In this document: piece by piece, positions 45,326-64,000 of the stretch
Numbering within the stretch: the stretch's first letter is position 1
Layout of the letters: each line of letters starts with the position of its first letter
Notes under the pieces: generated by a model
What the model was told of the DNA's origin: nothing
Seen by the model: only the letters and a program-made list of their open reading frames with translations
The model's database searches: none
Program-made: the position numbers and the translations under genes
Origin: the human T2T-CHM13v2.0 reference genome, Homo sapiens
Length of the DNA stretch: 64,000 bases
Assembly (NCBI RefSeq): GCF_009914755.1
Contig: NC_060945.1
Reading direction: 5' to 3' (one strand)

Positions 45326-45396
45326 GGGGAAACTTATATTGCTAAATACAATCTCAGCGTCAACACTGGAACAGAGAAAGGAATTAAAACACCTTA

Positions 45397-45562
<166 letters not shown>

Positions 45563-48500
45563 GGAATGGATGAGTGTTAAAAACCAAAAATTTAAAACTA
45601 TTTAAAACCTGACATGGCTGCTTGTTCAGAAACTACAGATGGATGATGGGTGGTGGTGAACAGCAGAAAGGGGTTATAGTACGTGAATCTGCATTGTTCT
45701 AGCTGTTCCCCATGCCACTCATCCTAAGGTGAGCCGGACATTGATTAGCCATTGAGCCAGGCTAATGCTGGCAGCAGATCCAGTGATGGTAACCTGCCTA
45801 TCAATAGATCCTTCCACTGGGTTCACAATTTTGATCTACGCTGCAGACATCTGATAGACCTCATTTATTCTGGTGCCTTGACACCTGATTATGCAGCCAG
45901 TATCATTTGGAATGGTGTTTATGAGAAGTGGTCTGAGCAGATGCATCCAAACCTGCACTGAATCCCAGCGTTGCTATCTCCTGTAGGAAAACTAGATTGT
46001 TGCATTGTCAACTGGTGCAGCTTGGTCAACTCTAGAAGTGGTCCCTCCAGGTCACAGTTGAGGCACATGGACGAAGTGGTGTGGAGAAAGCAAGCTCACA
46101 CTGTCGCTGCCTGTGCTGTACCTGTCCTGATCACCTGCAAAGATCACCGGAGAATTGGACAGCTTGGACCAGTATGGGATGGCCATGCGTTTGGGGGAAG
46201 ACTCCAACACCACACAGACCTGTCCAACACACTCAATGATGGACTGCGGAATCCCAGCGATAGTGATGGCTCAGTCAGCAGCGTTGGGGAGCATATCCCC
46301 TGCCACCTGGACCTGAGCCCTGTACTCTCTCGTATTGCCTTGATCTTGCAACCACCTTTTCCAATGAGCCACAGTGACTAGCAGGGACCACCAGCATCAG
46401 GGTGACCAGGGGGTCCACTGGCAGCTGTGCTAGTGGTCACAGAGCTACTGATACCCTCTTCCAATCTTGCTTTGAAGATGGCGCTAGTGGGTCCAGCCAA
46501 GATGATAATTCTCTCAGAACAACTCCCTTCTGAGATGCTGATACATGCACCACTCTCCTCATGCATCTTAACTGATTCTCCTCTTTCTGATGATACTGCC
46601 AACTTCCTTTCCATGCATAAGTAGCCAGGTGGTGAGAATGACATTTAATCCAATTTCAATCATACCAGTGTCCATATCAAGCAGGGCTATGGGGAGCTGG
46701 ACTTGGAGTGGTCAAGTCTTTGGCCAGTGGGGATGAAAACCAAGAACTCCAGGCAGGAGGCAACTCAGGGAAAAAGGAGAGCAGGCAGGGTGGGGCAGGG
46801 GTGGAACAACAGGGGTGGGCAGAAAGGCAACGAGAAGGAGGAGAAAAGGTGGTGGAGGAAGAGAAAGAAGGGAGAGACCTCAGGGCAGGTGGGAGAGAGC
46901 ACAGCCTGTAGCTGCTCAGGCTGCTGCCTCTGCTGGTGTCAATCTCAGCTTCCTGTAACTTTTCTGCTTTCTAAACTTTTATTTTTTTAACTTTTTGACT
47001 CTTTTCTAATAACTTAGCTTAAAACACAAATACACTGTACAGCTGTACAGAAATATTTTTTCTTTATATCCTTATTCCATAAGCTTTTTTCCATTCAAAA
47101 GTTTTGTTTTTTGCTTTTTGTTAAAAACTGAGACACAGCACACATATTAGCCTAGGCCTACACAGGGTCAGAATCATCAATATCTCACTGTCTTCCGCCT
47201 CCATATCTTGTCCCGCTAGAAGGTCTTCAGGGACAGTAACACACATGGAACTGTCATCTCCTGTGATGACAATGTCTGCTTCTGGATACCTCTGGAAGGG
47301 CCTGCCTGAGACTGTTTTACAGTTCGCTTTTTTGTTACGAGTAGAAGGAATACACTCTAAAATAGCAAAAAATAGGATGTACATAAACCAGTAGCATAGT
47401 CATTTATTGTAAGTATTATGTACTGTTCATAGTTGTATGTGCTGGACCTTTAAACTGGCAGCACAGTAGGCGTGTTTTCACCAGCAACACCACAAACACA
47501 AGTAACACATGAGGTCTGACCTTAGGATGGCTACCACAGCCTAGGCGATAGGAATTTTTCAGTTCCATACGATCTTATGGACCCCTGTCTACATGCGGTC
47601 CGCCAGTGGTATGTCCTTATGTGGTGCATGACTATACACATCCTACTGGTTCTCTCTGGACTGCTCTAATATACTGGGCATATACTGTCTTGTCTGTGTC
47701 ATCTGTTACTTCTCTATTTCTGTCCTGCATCTTAGGACACCAACTCAAGTTAGTCCTCCACATAATGGCTTTGTATTATACCCTATTTTATATATATGTA
47801 ATATATATACAACTTAGATCACATACTATTTGTTGTTATTTTATATAATACAGATTTTAAAGTTGAAGTTTTGCTTCTGTTAAAATCTTTTCCATGAAAT
47901 TTTTTAAATTTCCTTTCAGCTAGCTGCTGCTTCTCATACATCTCATTATTTGCTTTTGGAAAAAGCAGGGGTTCCTGACTTTTAAAAAATAGCTGTTTCC
48001 TACAGTCATGTTTTTCAACAGAATGCTCTTCTTCTGCATTTTTAATGCTGTTTCTATCCTTCGTATTGCTTGTTTTCTTCAGCTACTCTCCTTTGAATGG
48101 GAAACCTACCCAGGCCTGATGTCTGCTCCGGCTAGACTCGAACTCCTGGGCTCAAGCGATCCTCCTGCCCCAGCATCCCAGGTAGCTGGGACTACGGATA
48201 AGCACCGCTGTGCCTGGCTTGGTATCTGGCCCTAACGTGGCTCTGCTGCACTGACAGCCAACCTCCTGCACCTGCTGCCTGCTTCTTATCACAAGAAGAG
48301 GTTTACTCCTGGACAGTCTGAAGCAATTATGATTCTTTCCTTACCAAAATTATTAAAAACTACAATGCCCAGAGTTATCTGCTTCTAGGGTTCTCCCAGG
48401 ATTACTGCCGATGCAAAACTTGTCCCCCAACTACTTCCACTCTTAGCCATTTGACACTGCCAAGCTCTGTGGTTCTCAAGTTAGCAAGAGGAAGTACAAG

Positions 48501-49303
48501 AAGGAATGAAGACTGACAGCTCCAGCTGCCCCCAGAGCAGCTCCCCACTCCTTTCTTACCACATCACCGTCAGCATCTTTGAGGTGGGGCACACAAAGGT
48601 GTGTCAACATGGAAATACCACCTTACAGTTCTTCAAAAGCATTCTTATATCATTATTCTCACAATTCAGCAAAGCAAGCAGAGAATTTCCTTCATTAAGC
48701 AGATGAAAACCTGGACCCCAAGGGAAGTAGATAACCACCCAGGGAGTACTGTCACCAGTATTATCTGTAGTTTACAGCTGAGAAAACTGTTGCTCAGGAA
48801 GCTTCAAGGCATCTGCCCAAAGTCACCTGGCCTGTAAGGGCTGGCCTGGGATTGAACATAGTCTGCTTTTCCAAGATCACTCTTCCTTACTTACCACACT
48901 GACCCTCAGCACAAGAAGAGGATTAGCTCCAGCTAGGACCAGATTCCAGGTCATATGATGTTACCTCAGGGCTCTGCAGGCACATTTCTGAATGAATGAA
49001 AACTTTTTTTGCAACAAGGGAAATGCTTAGATTTCTGCCTTCGGGATATATTCATAAGCATACTATGCACAAGACTTCCAATTCTTGATTATGTAAAGGA
49101 AACCAAGTTTACTCAAGAAGGAGTTAGAACACAGTATCTCCTTACCATACTTCTAATCATTACCAAAAACAGTAAATGAACTGGAACTAGAAAATATAAA
49201 TGGGTAAGTACTCTAAATCTATAGTATGTAAATGATTCAATAACTAAAAAGGTGAAAAAGAAAGCAGAAGAGATAAGAAGCATTTAACTCCACCATTTTA
49301 AAA

Positions 49304-49309
49304 TTTATT
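49304..49309 (-). terminator. Candidate distal PSMG1 polyadenylation signal (AATAAA)
   Basis: TTTATT on + followed by U-rich sequence on the minus strand. Confidence 0.5.
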
Positions 49310-49727
49310 TTCATGAATGCAGTTCAGTTTGTGGTCCTGTGAAGTTGTGTGGCTACTCCAGGTTCATGATTCCATTCACACTCCTAATGATAACACATGA
49401 CTGTAAGAGAACTGCTGACACGCGCAGAGCCAGCCTTGAAAGAGAGCCCTGGGAAAGTCTGGGTGAAGAGGCTATCTGTCAGATATTACTAAAAAGTGAG
49501 GACATACACATTTCTGTTTCATTTTTAGTAAATATATAATTTTGTTACTTTGTCATCAATTTTTACCCACAAGATAAAAAAAACTGCAGGACTCCTAAAA
49601 TATCCAGAAACTTTCCACATATTAAGAATCACCAACAGGTCAATGAGTAGTTACACCTAATTAACTACACTTTGCCACATGAATACCATCTGCTGATATC
49701 TGTAGCTTTGAAAAATTTAACTAAAGT

Positions 49728-49900
49728 TGGGCACAGTGGCTCACACCTGTAATCCCAGCATTTTGGGAGGCCGAGGCGGGGGAAATGCTTGAGCCCAGGA
49801 GGTCGAGGATGCAGTGAACCATGATAGCACACTGCACTTCAGCCTGGGCAACAGAGCAAGACCCAGCCTCAAAAAATAAATAAATAAATAAATAAGATAA
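49728..49900 (+). mobile_element. Alu monomer (FRAM/FAM-like), antisense to PSMG1
   Basis: GGGCACAGTGGCTCACACCTGTAATCCCAGC joined to a right-arm 3' end, with an (AAAT)n tail. Confidence 0.8.
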
Positions 49901-50041
49901 AAATTTAACTATAGTACCTTAAAATATTCAAATACAACAATACTCCCACCTAGTGGATAAAAGGAAAATGCCTGGCTTATTTTGGTTGTGAATAATACCA
50001 CCATAAATAAGGAATTAAAACTACAATTAGTTTTTTACAAT

Positions 50042-50047
50042 TTTATT
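50042..50047 (-). terminator. Proximal PSMG1 polyadenylation signal (AATAAA)
   Basis: TTTATT on +, ~110 nt downstream of the stop codon. Confidence 0.75.
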
Positions 50048-50158
50048 CCGTTTCATCATTCTCAAAATATATCCCCCAAAAGTAATCTACAAAAGAGTGC
50101 AGGCTGCTCCCCTTAAAGGAATGGACAAGTAATATACACTACAAAACAATGTTTAAGA

Positions 50159-57955
<7,797 letters not shown>

Positions 57956-58230
57956 AGCCGCCCCGTGACCGGCTGGACACAACTGCAGCGCCGCCGGACC
58001 GCACGCCGGCTTGCGCGAGACCACGCTCCCTCACCGCGCGGGCAATAAGTCCCGCCCCGCACAGGCCACGCCCTCCGCGCACAGCCCAAGCTCGCGGCCA
58101 CACCCCCACCGCGCGGGCGCTACGTCCCGCCCCGCGCAGGACTCGCTCCCAGGCACACCCTGAGCTCGCGGCCACGCCCTCTACACCGCCCGCCCGCGCT
58201 GTCACGCCCTGGGCCAGCAGTCCCCGCAGC

Positions 58231-58372
58231 TTTTTTGTTTTTAAATTACAGATTGGGGGAGGGGGGGTCTCGCTATGTTGCCCAGACTGGTCTCGAACTC
58301 CAGGACTCTAGCGATCGTCCTCCTTAGACCTCCCAAAGTGCTTGGATTACAGGCCTCAGCCACCGCGTCCGG
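58231..58372 (-). mobile_element. FLAM-type Alu monomer inside the CpG island
   Basis: GGTCTCGCTATGTTGCCCAGACTGGTCTCGAACTCC...CCTCCCAAAGTGCTTGGATTACAGG. Confidence 0.85.
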
Positions 58373-59865
58373 CCCCCAAAGGCTTTCATTCGCAGCTTGA
58401 GCCCTGCGGGCGCCAGGAGGTGGGAGGACTGCGGGCTAGAGGGGCAGGGGGCGAGAGGAGGGCGGGGCCTCCGTTCGTGGCGGTAGCGGAACCAGGGGTG
58501 CAGGGGCGGAGCCAGCGCCGCTGGCCGTGGCGTCCGGGAGCTGTGGGGCCGTCCCCTCATCGTCCGTTTCCATTTTCCTTCTGCGTTAGGAGAGACTGGG
58601 GTAGCATTAGTGTACTGAGCACCCGCTCCAAATTTCGACTGCCCAGGTAGGTGGCGGCGCGGTGGTACTGAGGGCCCCCGTAGCCAGGCGCGCCCTCAGA
58701 CAGCGGGCACGGGCGGACGCAAGGGCAGCAAGAAATACAGCGCTTCGTGGTGGTATAAAAACGAGACCTTTACTCTGGCAATAGGAATTCACATTTCAAA
58801 AGCTGATGATTGTCAAGGCGATTTAAAAAACATTTTTATGAGTGTAAAAAATAGTGTTTTAAAGTTGGCCATTTTCTAATACAAAATGTTTCTTTTTAAA
58901 TAGCCTTTAATAAGCAGAATGTGTGATTGTTCTTTAATTGGTTCTCTTTAAAATGTGCTGGAAGACAAAGTTCGAGGAGCACTGTTTCAAGCAAGAGAAA
59001 AAGGGGACATAATTTAAATGAAAATGAAAATATGCAGTAATGCAATGAAAAAACCGTTTCCTAGATTTAGTTGTACCGAAATACATGACATCGCCTGCAT
59101 TTTGTGACTTTGTCAGTAGTCACGAAGGTAAGTACTACTTTGGGGTCAGAGAGAGCCTGTTGAGATAAAATCTCAAAGCTGTTAGAAACATTTTAAGATG
59201 TGGAAAGATAATCAACAAAATCATTTACATAAAATTAGTATTTAGCAGATGTACACATCTGCAAAAATAAAGTGAGTTTGGAAGCAAAATTTGAACATTT
59301 AGCAATAAAATTAAGACGAAATTGCTAGCCAGTAAGAGCTTAGGAAACTGGATATCCTTAGTGAGATAGAATAAACAAGATCACCACAATGATGTTTTAA
59401 AACATTAGGACTCCTGGGTTAACTGGTCTATTATGATGATGGAACTGCAGAATAAAAAGGTTGTTTGGGCACCACTTGTCTTAGTCCTTTTGTTAATTTG
59501 TCATTTTTACCAGTAAGATCTTCAATTTGATTTCACAGTTCCATGATGAAGAAATATTTTCTGCAAAGCAAATTACTGTAAATAGGGTAATAGTAATACA
59601 TTTGGCCATGATTTAAATTCTGCACACATTTCAGAGAGAACAATTTTACAATGTTAAGTTTTAAGCAAATGCTTATTTCATGCAGTTACAATAAGTTTAG
59701 GCCAAGCACTTTTTAAAAAGGCAAATATGTTCGAATTAAATACTTAGCCAAAAAAGGATTTCATTATGCAAGACTGATAATACAATCTCAAATACTGACA
59801 GAAATTAACCCCACCACAGCAAATTATAAATTCAAAGCTTAAATTCTTTCATTACACTGAAATTG

Positions 59866-59867
<2 letters not shown>

Positions 59868-59904
<37 letters not shown>
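59868..59904. repeat. A37 mononucleotide tract
   Basis: Uninterrupted run of 37 A, counted directly. Confidence 0.95.
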
Positions 59905-59906
<2 letters not shown>

Positions 59907-60078
59907 TTGCATAAAATAGTCTTCACCGAGTTAAGTATTTCATTTTATAGTTACTTGTTGAGGACATAATATACTCAATAAATATTACAAATTAAGTGTA
60001 AAATTTGAACTGGAAAGAAGTTTAAGCATTTCATTAGAGCTCAAAAATCAAACCCCATGCACCTAAAAGTAATAGCAG

Positions 60079-60084
60079 TTTATT
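60079..60084 (-). terminator. Candidate BRWD1 polyadenylation signal (AATAAA)
   Basis: TTTATT on +, ~1.5 kb downstream of the BRWD1 stop, followed by GU/U-rich sequence on the minus strand. Confidence 0.6.
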
Positions 60085-61596
60085 AGGAATTCTTCCTTCT
60101 CACCTGTGTATCAACATATTGGGATCAGTAATTTAGATGAAAGTATACTACAAAAGGAGCAAAGGACACAGACTTAGTAGGTTAGAATATTCTGGCTTAT
60201 GCTAAAAAACAAAAAGCCTTTTTTTTAAAACAGACATGCAACCACAAATTTCTCAAGTATTTTAGACACTTGGTTCATCTGTATAACAAAAAAAAAATGC
60301 ATTTGACTTAAAAAAGAAATAGAAAACCCTAGGTTTCTGTAGTTTAGTTTTTCAGATTTACACATGCAAATCATATATTCAGATATTTTTAAATGGGAAA
60401 ACAACTTACTTTCAACAACTTAATTTTTCCAGTAACACGTTACTATGTTAAAAAGATGCGACAGTATATTCATTTAATCTGGCAATTTTAATTTCAACAA
60501 ATACATATTAACAACAAATTAAATCCTATTGTAAATACACTTCTTTGTTATACCACGACCAAATTTTCTAATCCTAGTACAGGCCACAATGAAATAGGCC
60601 AAACATGCTACCATTAAAGTTTGTTGGGATGAGATTGTAGTAAGTTTACTCAAAGTATTCAAGTTCTAATTTTTAAGGTGCTGTAGAGAAACATAAAAGA
60701 TTTCACTGTATCTAAAAATATGACTGTTTTGATCTTAAGCTATACATTTTATTTTTATCTAACTGATTAAGACCTGCCTCTTAATGAGGCACATTTTTGG
60801 CATTTCTGTAAATGCTGCTACATACAAGTAAAAATAAGGAAAAGCCGTGATAGTAACATTCATAGCTTTCATAGAAAAATATATATTCCCTGAATTAGTC
60901 ATATCAAGTGGTCATTCAGTATGAACTGCAATATTATAAACAAAATGACATCAATGGACTTTCTCTAATTGCCTATTTCCAACACTCTACTTCAGAACTC
61001 AATAATCAGTATCTCCAGCTGAAATTCCCAGGTCCTCCTAGTTTGTTTTTGACCTTTGGGGATGTGAATTGTAGGGAATGGATCTGGGTAGTTTTTGCTT
61101 CACTCAGAAGTCAAATAGGCCCATTAGCACTTCCTTTGGAAAAATGCCTGATTTTTTTTCCTCATGACACCATAGTTGTCGTGGTCTGAATTTTTACACT
61201 GTAATGGAGAACCCTGAAAATTAGCATCAGGTTAAGATTTTGAAATTTGTTCAAGTTCTTCCTAGCCTGTACACTTCCCATTATATTCTTCCTCTAAGGA
61301 ATCATGTCTTCAAGGCCTTGCATTCTGGAAAGGAATAGTAGTCTTATAGCAGGCCATTTGTCTTTTCTTTCCACCTCTCCACCTACAGACTCTGCAATTT
61401 ATTTCCTCCTCAGAATTCCCCAGAGCACATGTCTGTACAAGAGCTGACTGGGAGGAACCCACTGGATTATGGCTTTTAGAAAATTCCTCCAAAGATGCCA
61501 ATAAGGGAGTAATTTTAGAGCTGGGAGCAGAATGTAACTGCCAGTTTACTTGTGTACCAATTGTTTTCAGATGCCACTTCTACATTCTCATAGTCA

Positions 61597-61988
61597 CTAT
61601 TGTGCATTTTCTTTCCAGGATCTGAACCCCCTTAAAAAAAGCATTTTTCTATTAATATCTTCTAGCTCTTTTTCACTTTCAGAATTTATGGTTGTATCAT
61701 CCTCTTTATAAACATTCAGTAATTTTTTCTTAGCCGCAGCAGAAGCATTTCGATGGGGCAGTTTTCTGCTACTCTTCCTAATCCAGACATTTTCTGGTCC
61801 TGAGATCGTTTCTTTTAGATTACTCATTATCTTTATTTTATTTGCAGCAACAGTAGCACATCTGCGGGGAACTTTCTCAGGTACCATTTTTGCTTTCAGA
61901 GTTTCACTAGGCATCTGCACTGCATCCTTCTGATTATGCATACATGTTCTCACTTTTGTATTGGGTTCTCTGTCTCTAGGAACAAATT
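61597..61988 (-). CDS. BRWD1: BRWD1 (WDR9) terminal coding exon of the long isoform ([11 protein letters not shown]...[11 protein letters not shown])
   Basis: TTTTTCAG acceptor at 61989-61990, phase-1 entry in frame with ORF 61597-61953. The C-terminus matches the recalled BRWD1 long isoform, and the position directly upstream of PSMG1 fits. Confidence 0.88.
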
Positions 61989-64000
61989 CTGAAAAATGAG
62001 TGAAAGTTCATGTAAATGCAAAAATCTTGTAACACAAGATTTTACTACTGCTAACATTCCTCAACAACACTCATTCGGAAACAATAAATTTAAAAGTCAT
62101 ATTGCTAAATGATAAATTTTAAAATGTGATACTAAGGGCTTCTTCACATTGATATAACCTTACATTTGCTTATCTACAACTATAAGGATGTCACTTAAAA
62201 CAGTAGCAGACTTGTAAGAATGGGGTGAAAAGTTCCTTCAGCATCGGCATCATAAAGCTGCTAATCTAAAAACATATATATGAGCATTTTACATAATTTG
62301 AATTACTAAATCTTAACTTCATTGTTCCAGTATTTTCTGACCTAGGTATGTGACACACGAGATTCAGATTAAAATTCTAAAAAATAACACAGAGTTGCTT
62401 TAAGGAACCAAAAAGTGCAGAGTGCTATGAGAACACAGACTGGAAACCTAACCTAGCCTAAGGGATCAAGGAAGGCTTCCTTTAAGGAAGCTTTTAGACG
62501 AGAGGTGAAAATTGTGAAGGGATTTGCCAGACAAAAAGCACTTTGGAGAGTTAACTACTTCATGCAGACTAAGGCAGTTTTTAGAGGGGGCTTGAAATCA
62601 CACTGGAGCTCTACACAGCCACATGATGCCAGAGCTACTACTCCGTGCTGACCAAACTTAGGAGGGCTCAGATATGTTTGTTACCAGTGTCTCAAAGCCA
62701 AATTTTCAAATTTCACAAACAAGTCTAATTAGTACTCTTCTAGAACAGAAGTGATATTCCTTTTACGTATCTGAAGTTCACGGGCCCTTGAATTTTAGGT
62801 CTTTCTTGCAGCCATGAACAGTCAAACTATCTAAAACTGCCTTCATGGTACACACCAATCTTGATGGCAGTTTGTTTTGTAGGACCCTGCCTGAAGTTTC
62901 CAGACACTTAGCATTCAAAAGGTAAGGCTGTAGATCACTGAAATAACCAGTTGATATCCTCCACCCACACTAGACATCTGGAGGACTCCACCACATTCTT
63001 TTTACTACTAAGTACTAGAAAATGAGAGCTCTTTTAGTCAGATACTATCAAGTAACACTATTATTCTGTAGCAATGAAACTACCAATGCCAACCTTCTGA
63101 ACTTTTTCTTCTGTGAAGATGTTTGCCCTTCTGTCACAAAGCTGACTGAAGGGCAGATGAGTACAGGTAAAAACTGCTTCTGTGGACTGACATGTTCATA
63201 CAGCTAGACTAATGAGGCAGGCCTCTGCCCTCACAGTGCAAGCACTTCAGATTTTTCCCTAAGTCTATGAAACTGATTTCACACTTCTCTAAGATCAGTT
63301 GAGCGTTCTCCCCAGAATAGGTTAGGAAATACTTTATTCAAAGCAACCCCACCACATACACATCAGTTCCTTTTGCCAACTAACTTATGTGATTCACATG
63401 TTTTTCCAGTGAAATTCTAAGGGCACTATGTTTTGTTCAGTGTTCAGTCTCCAGGCATTGTAAATGGCATTTTACCAGAGTAAGACACTCATCACGGCAT
63501 TACTCTCATGCAGCATGCCCTTACCTCCTTCAGCTGGACTCTGTGGGAAGAGAAGTGGCTTAAAGTGCACTGTGTTTACCACTTCAAAGACACTTCTCTT
63601 GGGAATTTTAAAATTATGAACTAGTATCTCCAACAAGTCAACCCTATATCCAAAATTAATCTTTAACACATTAAATCAATGTTAGCAAATGCTAAAATGT
63701 AAATATGCTACAAAGGGTAAACAAAAATTTTAAAATATGCAAAATTAAGGTGAAATTTGCACTTTATAGTAGGATGAGAATATACTATTATCAACTAGCT
63801 GCACCATTTGCATTTGGAAGAAAAGAACAGATAACTGGTTCATTCCCAACAACCTATTCATCCAGACAAATAGATAAAATTCTATTTCAACTACAATTTG
63901 TAACAAAATGCTTTAAGTTGCAGAAATTCCATTTTGATGTGTGATCAAAGTACCTATACTGACAATTTAGGAACCTAGTAAATACTAATTCTAACACATT
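61989..64000 (-). other. BRWD1: BRWD1 last intron / long 3'UTR of the alternative isoform
   Basis: AT-rich, repeat-poor DNA upstream of the terminal acceptor. The dual intron/UTR role is from recalled annotation and cannot be seen in the sequence. Confidence 0.55.

Noticed and set aside
45752-46381. Plus-strand ORFs over the PCBP2 retrocopy
   Set aside because: Antisense shadows of a decayed coding sequence.
58009-58020. TCTCGCGCAA resembling the BANP/ZBTB33 palindrome TCTCGCGAGA
   Set aside because: Two mismatches break the palindrome; not supportable without ChIP data.
57956-58024. In-frame GTG-initiated 23-aa N-terminal extension of PSMG1
   Set aside because: The ATG at 57955 has a strong Kozak context, the GTG may lie at or beyond the TSS, and missing stops are expected in a CpG island.

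Overview
Primate genomic DNA, almost certainly human chr21q22.2 (gene order RPL23A retrocopy - PCBP2 retrocopy - PSMG1 - BRWD1 3' end). The first ~49 kb is repeat-rich intergenic DNA: old L1/L2/MIR, many MaLR/ERV LTRs, DNA transposons, Alus, a young LTR2-family solo LTR, a full-length SVA and two processed pseudogenes (RPL23A on +, PCBP2 on -). The last 15 kb holds the complete 7-exon PSMG1 gene on the minus strand (867-nt CDS, 288 aa, all GT-AG junctions traced by hand), its CpG-island promoter, and a terminal coding exon plus 3'UTR of BRWD1 (minus). Almost all other ORFs in the track are repeat-derived noise. I found no evidence for a wholly new gene system. The best unexplained structures are: a 47-bp near-perfect hairpin with a self-copied loop 174 nt downstream of the 63-nt cassette-type PSMG1 exon 4; an SVA with a ~180-bp 3' transduction and a 20-bp SINE-R deletion; a ~300-bp non-tandem templated duplication; a four-layer nested insertion whose PCBP2 retrocopy preserves an unusual splice isoform; and a cryptic ~75-bp tandem repeat in the PSMG1 promoter. 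Repeat subfamily names come from recalled consensus sequences and need RepeatMasker/Dfam confirmation.
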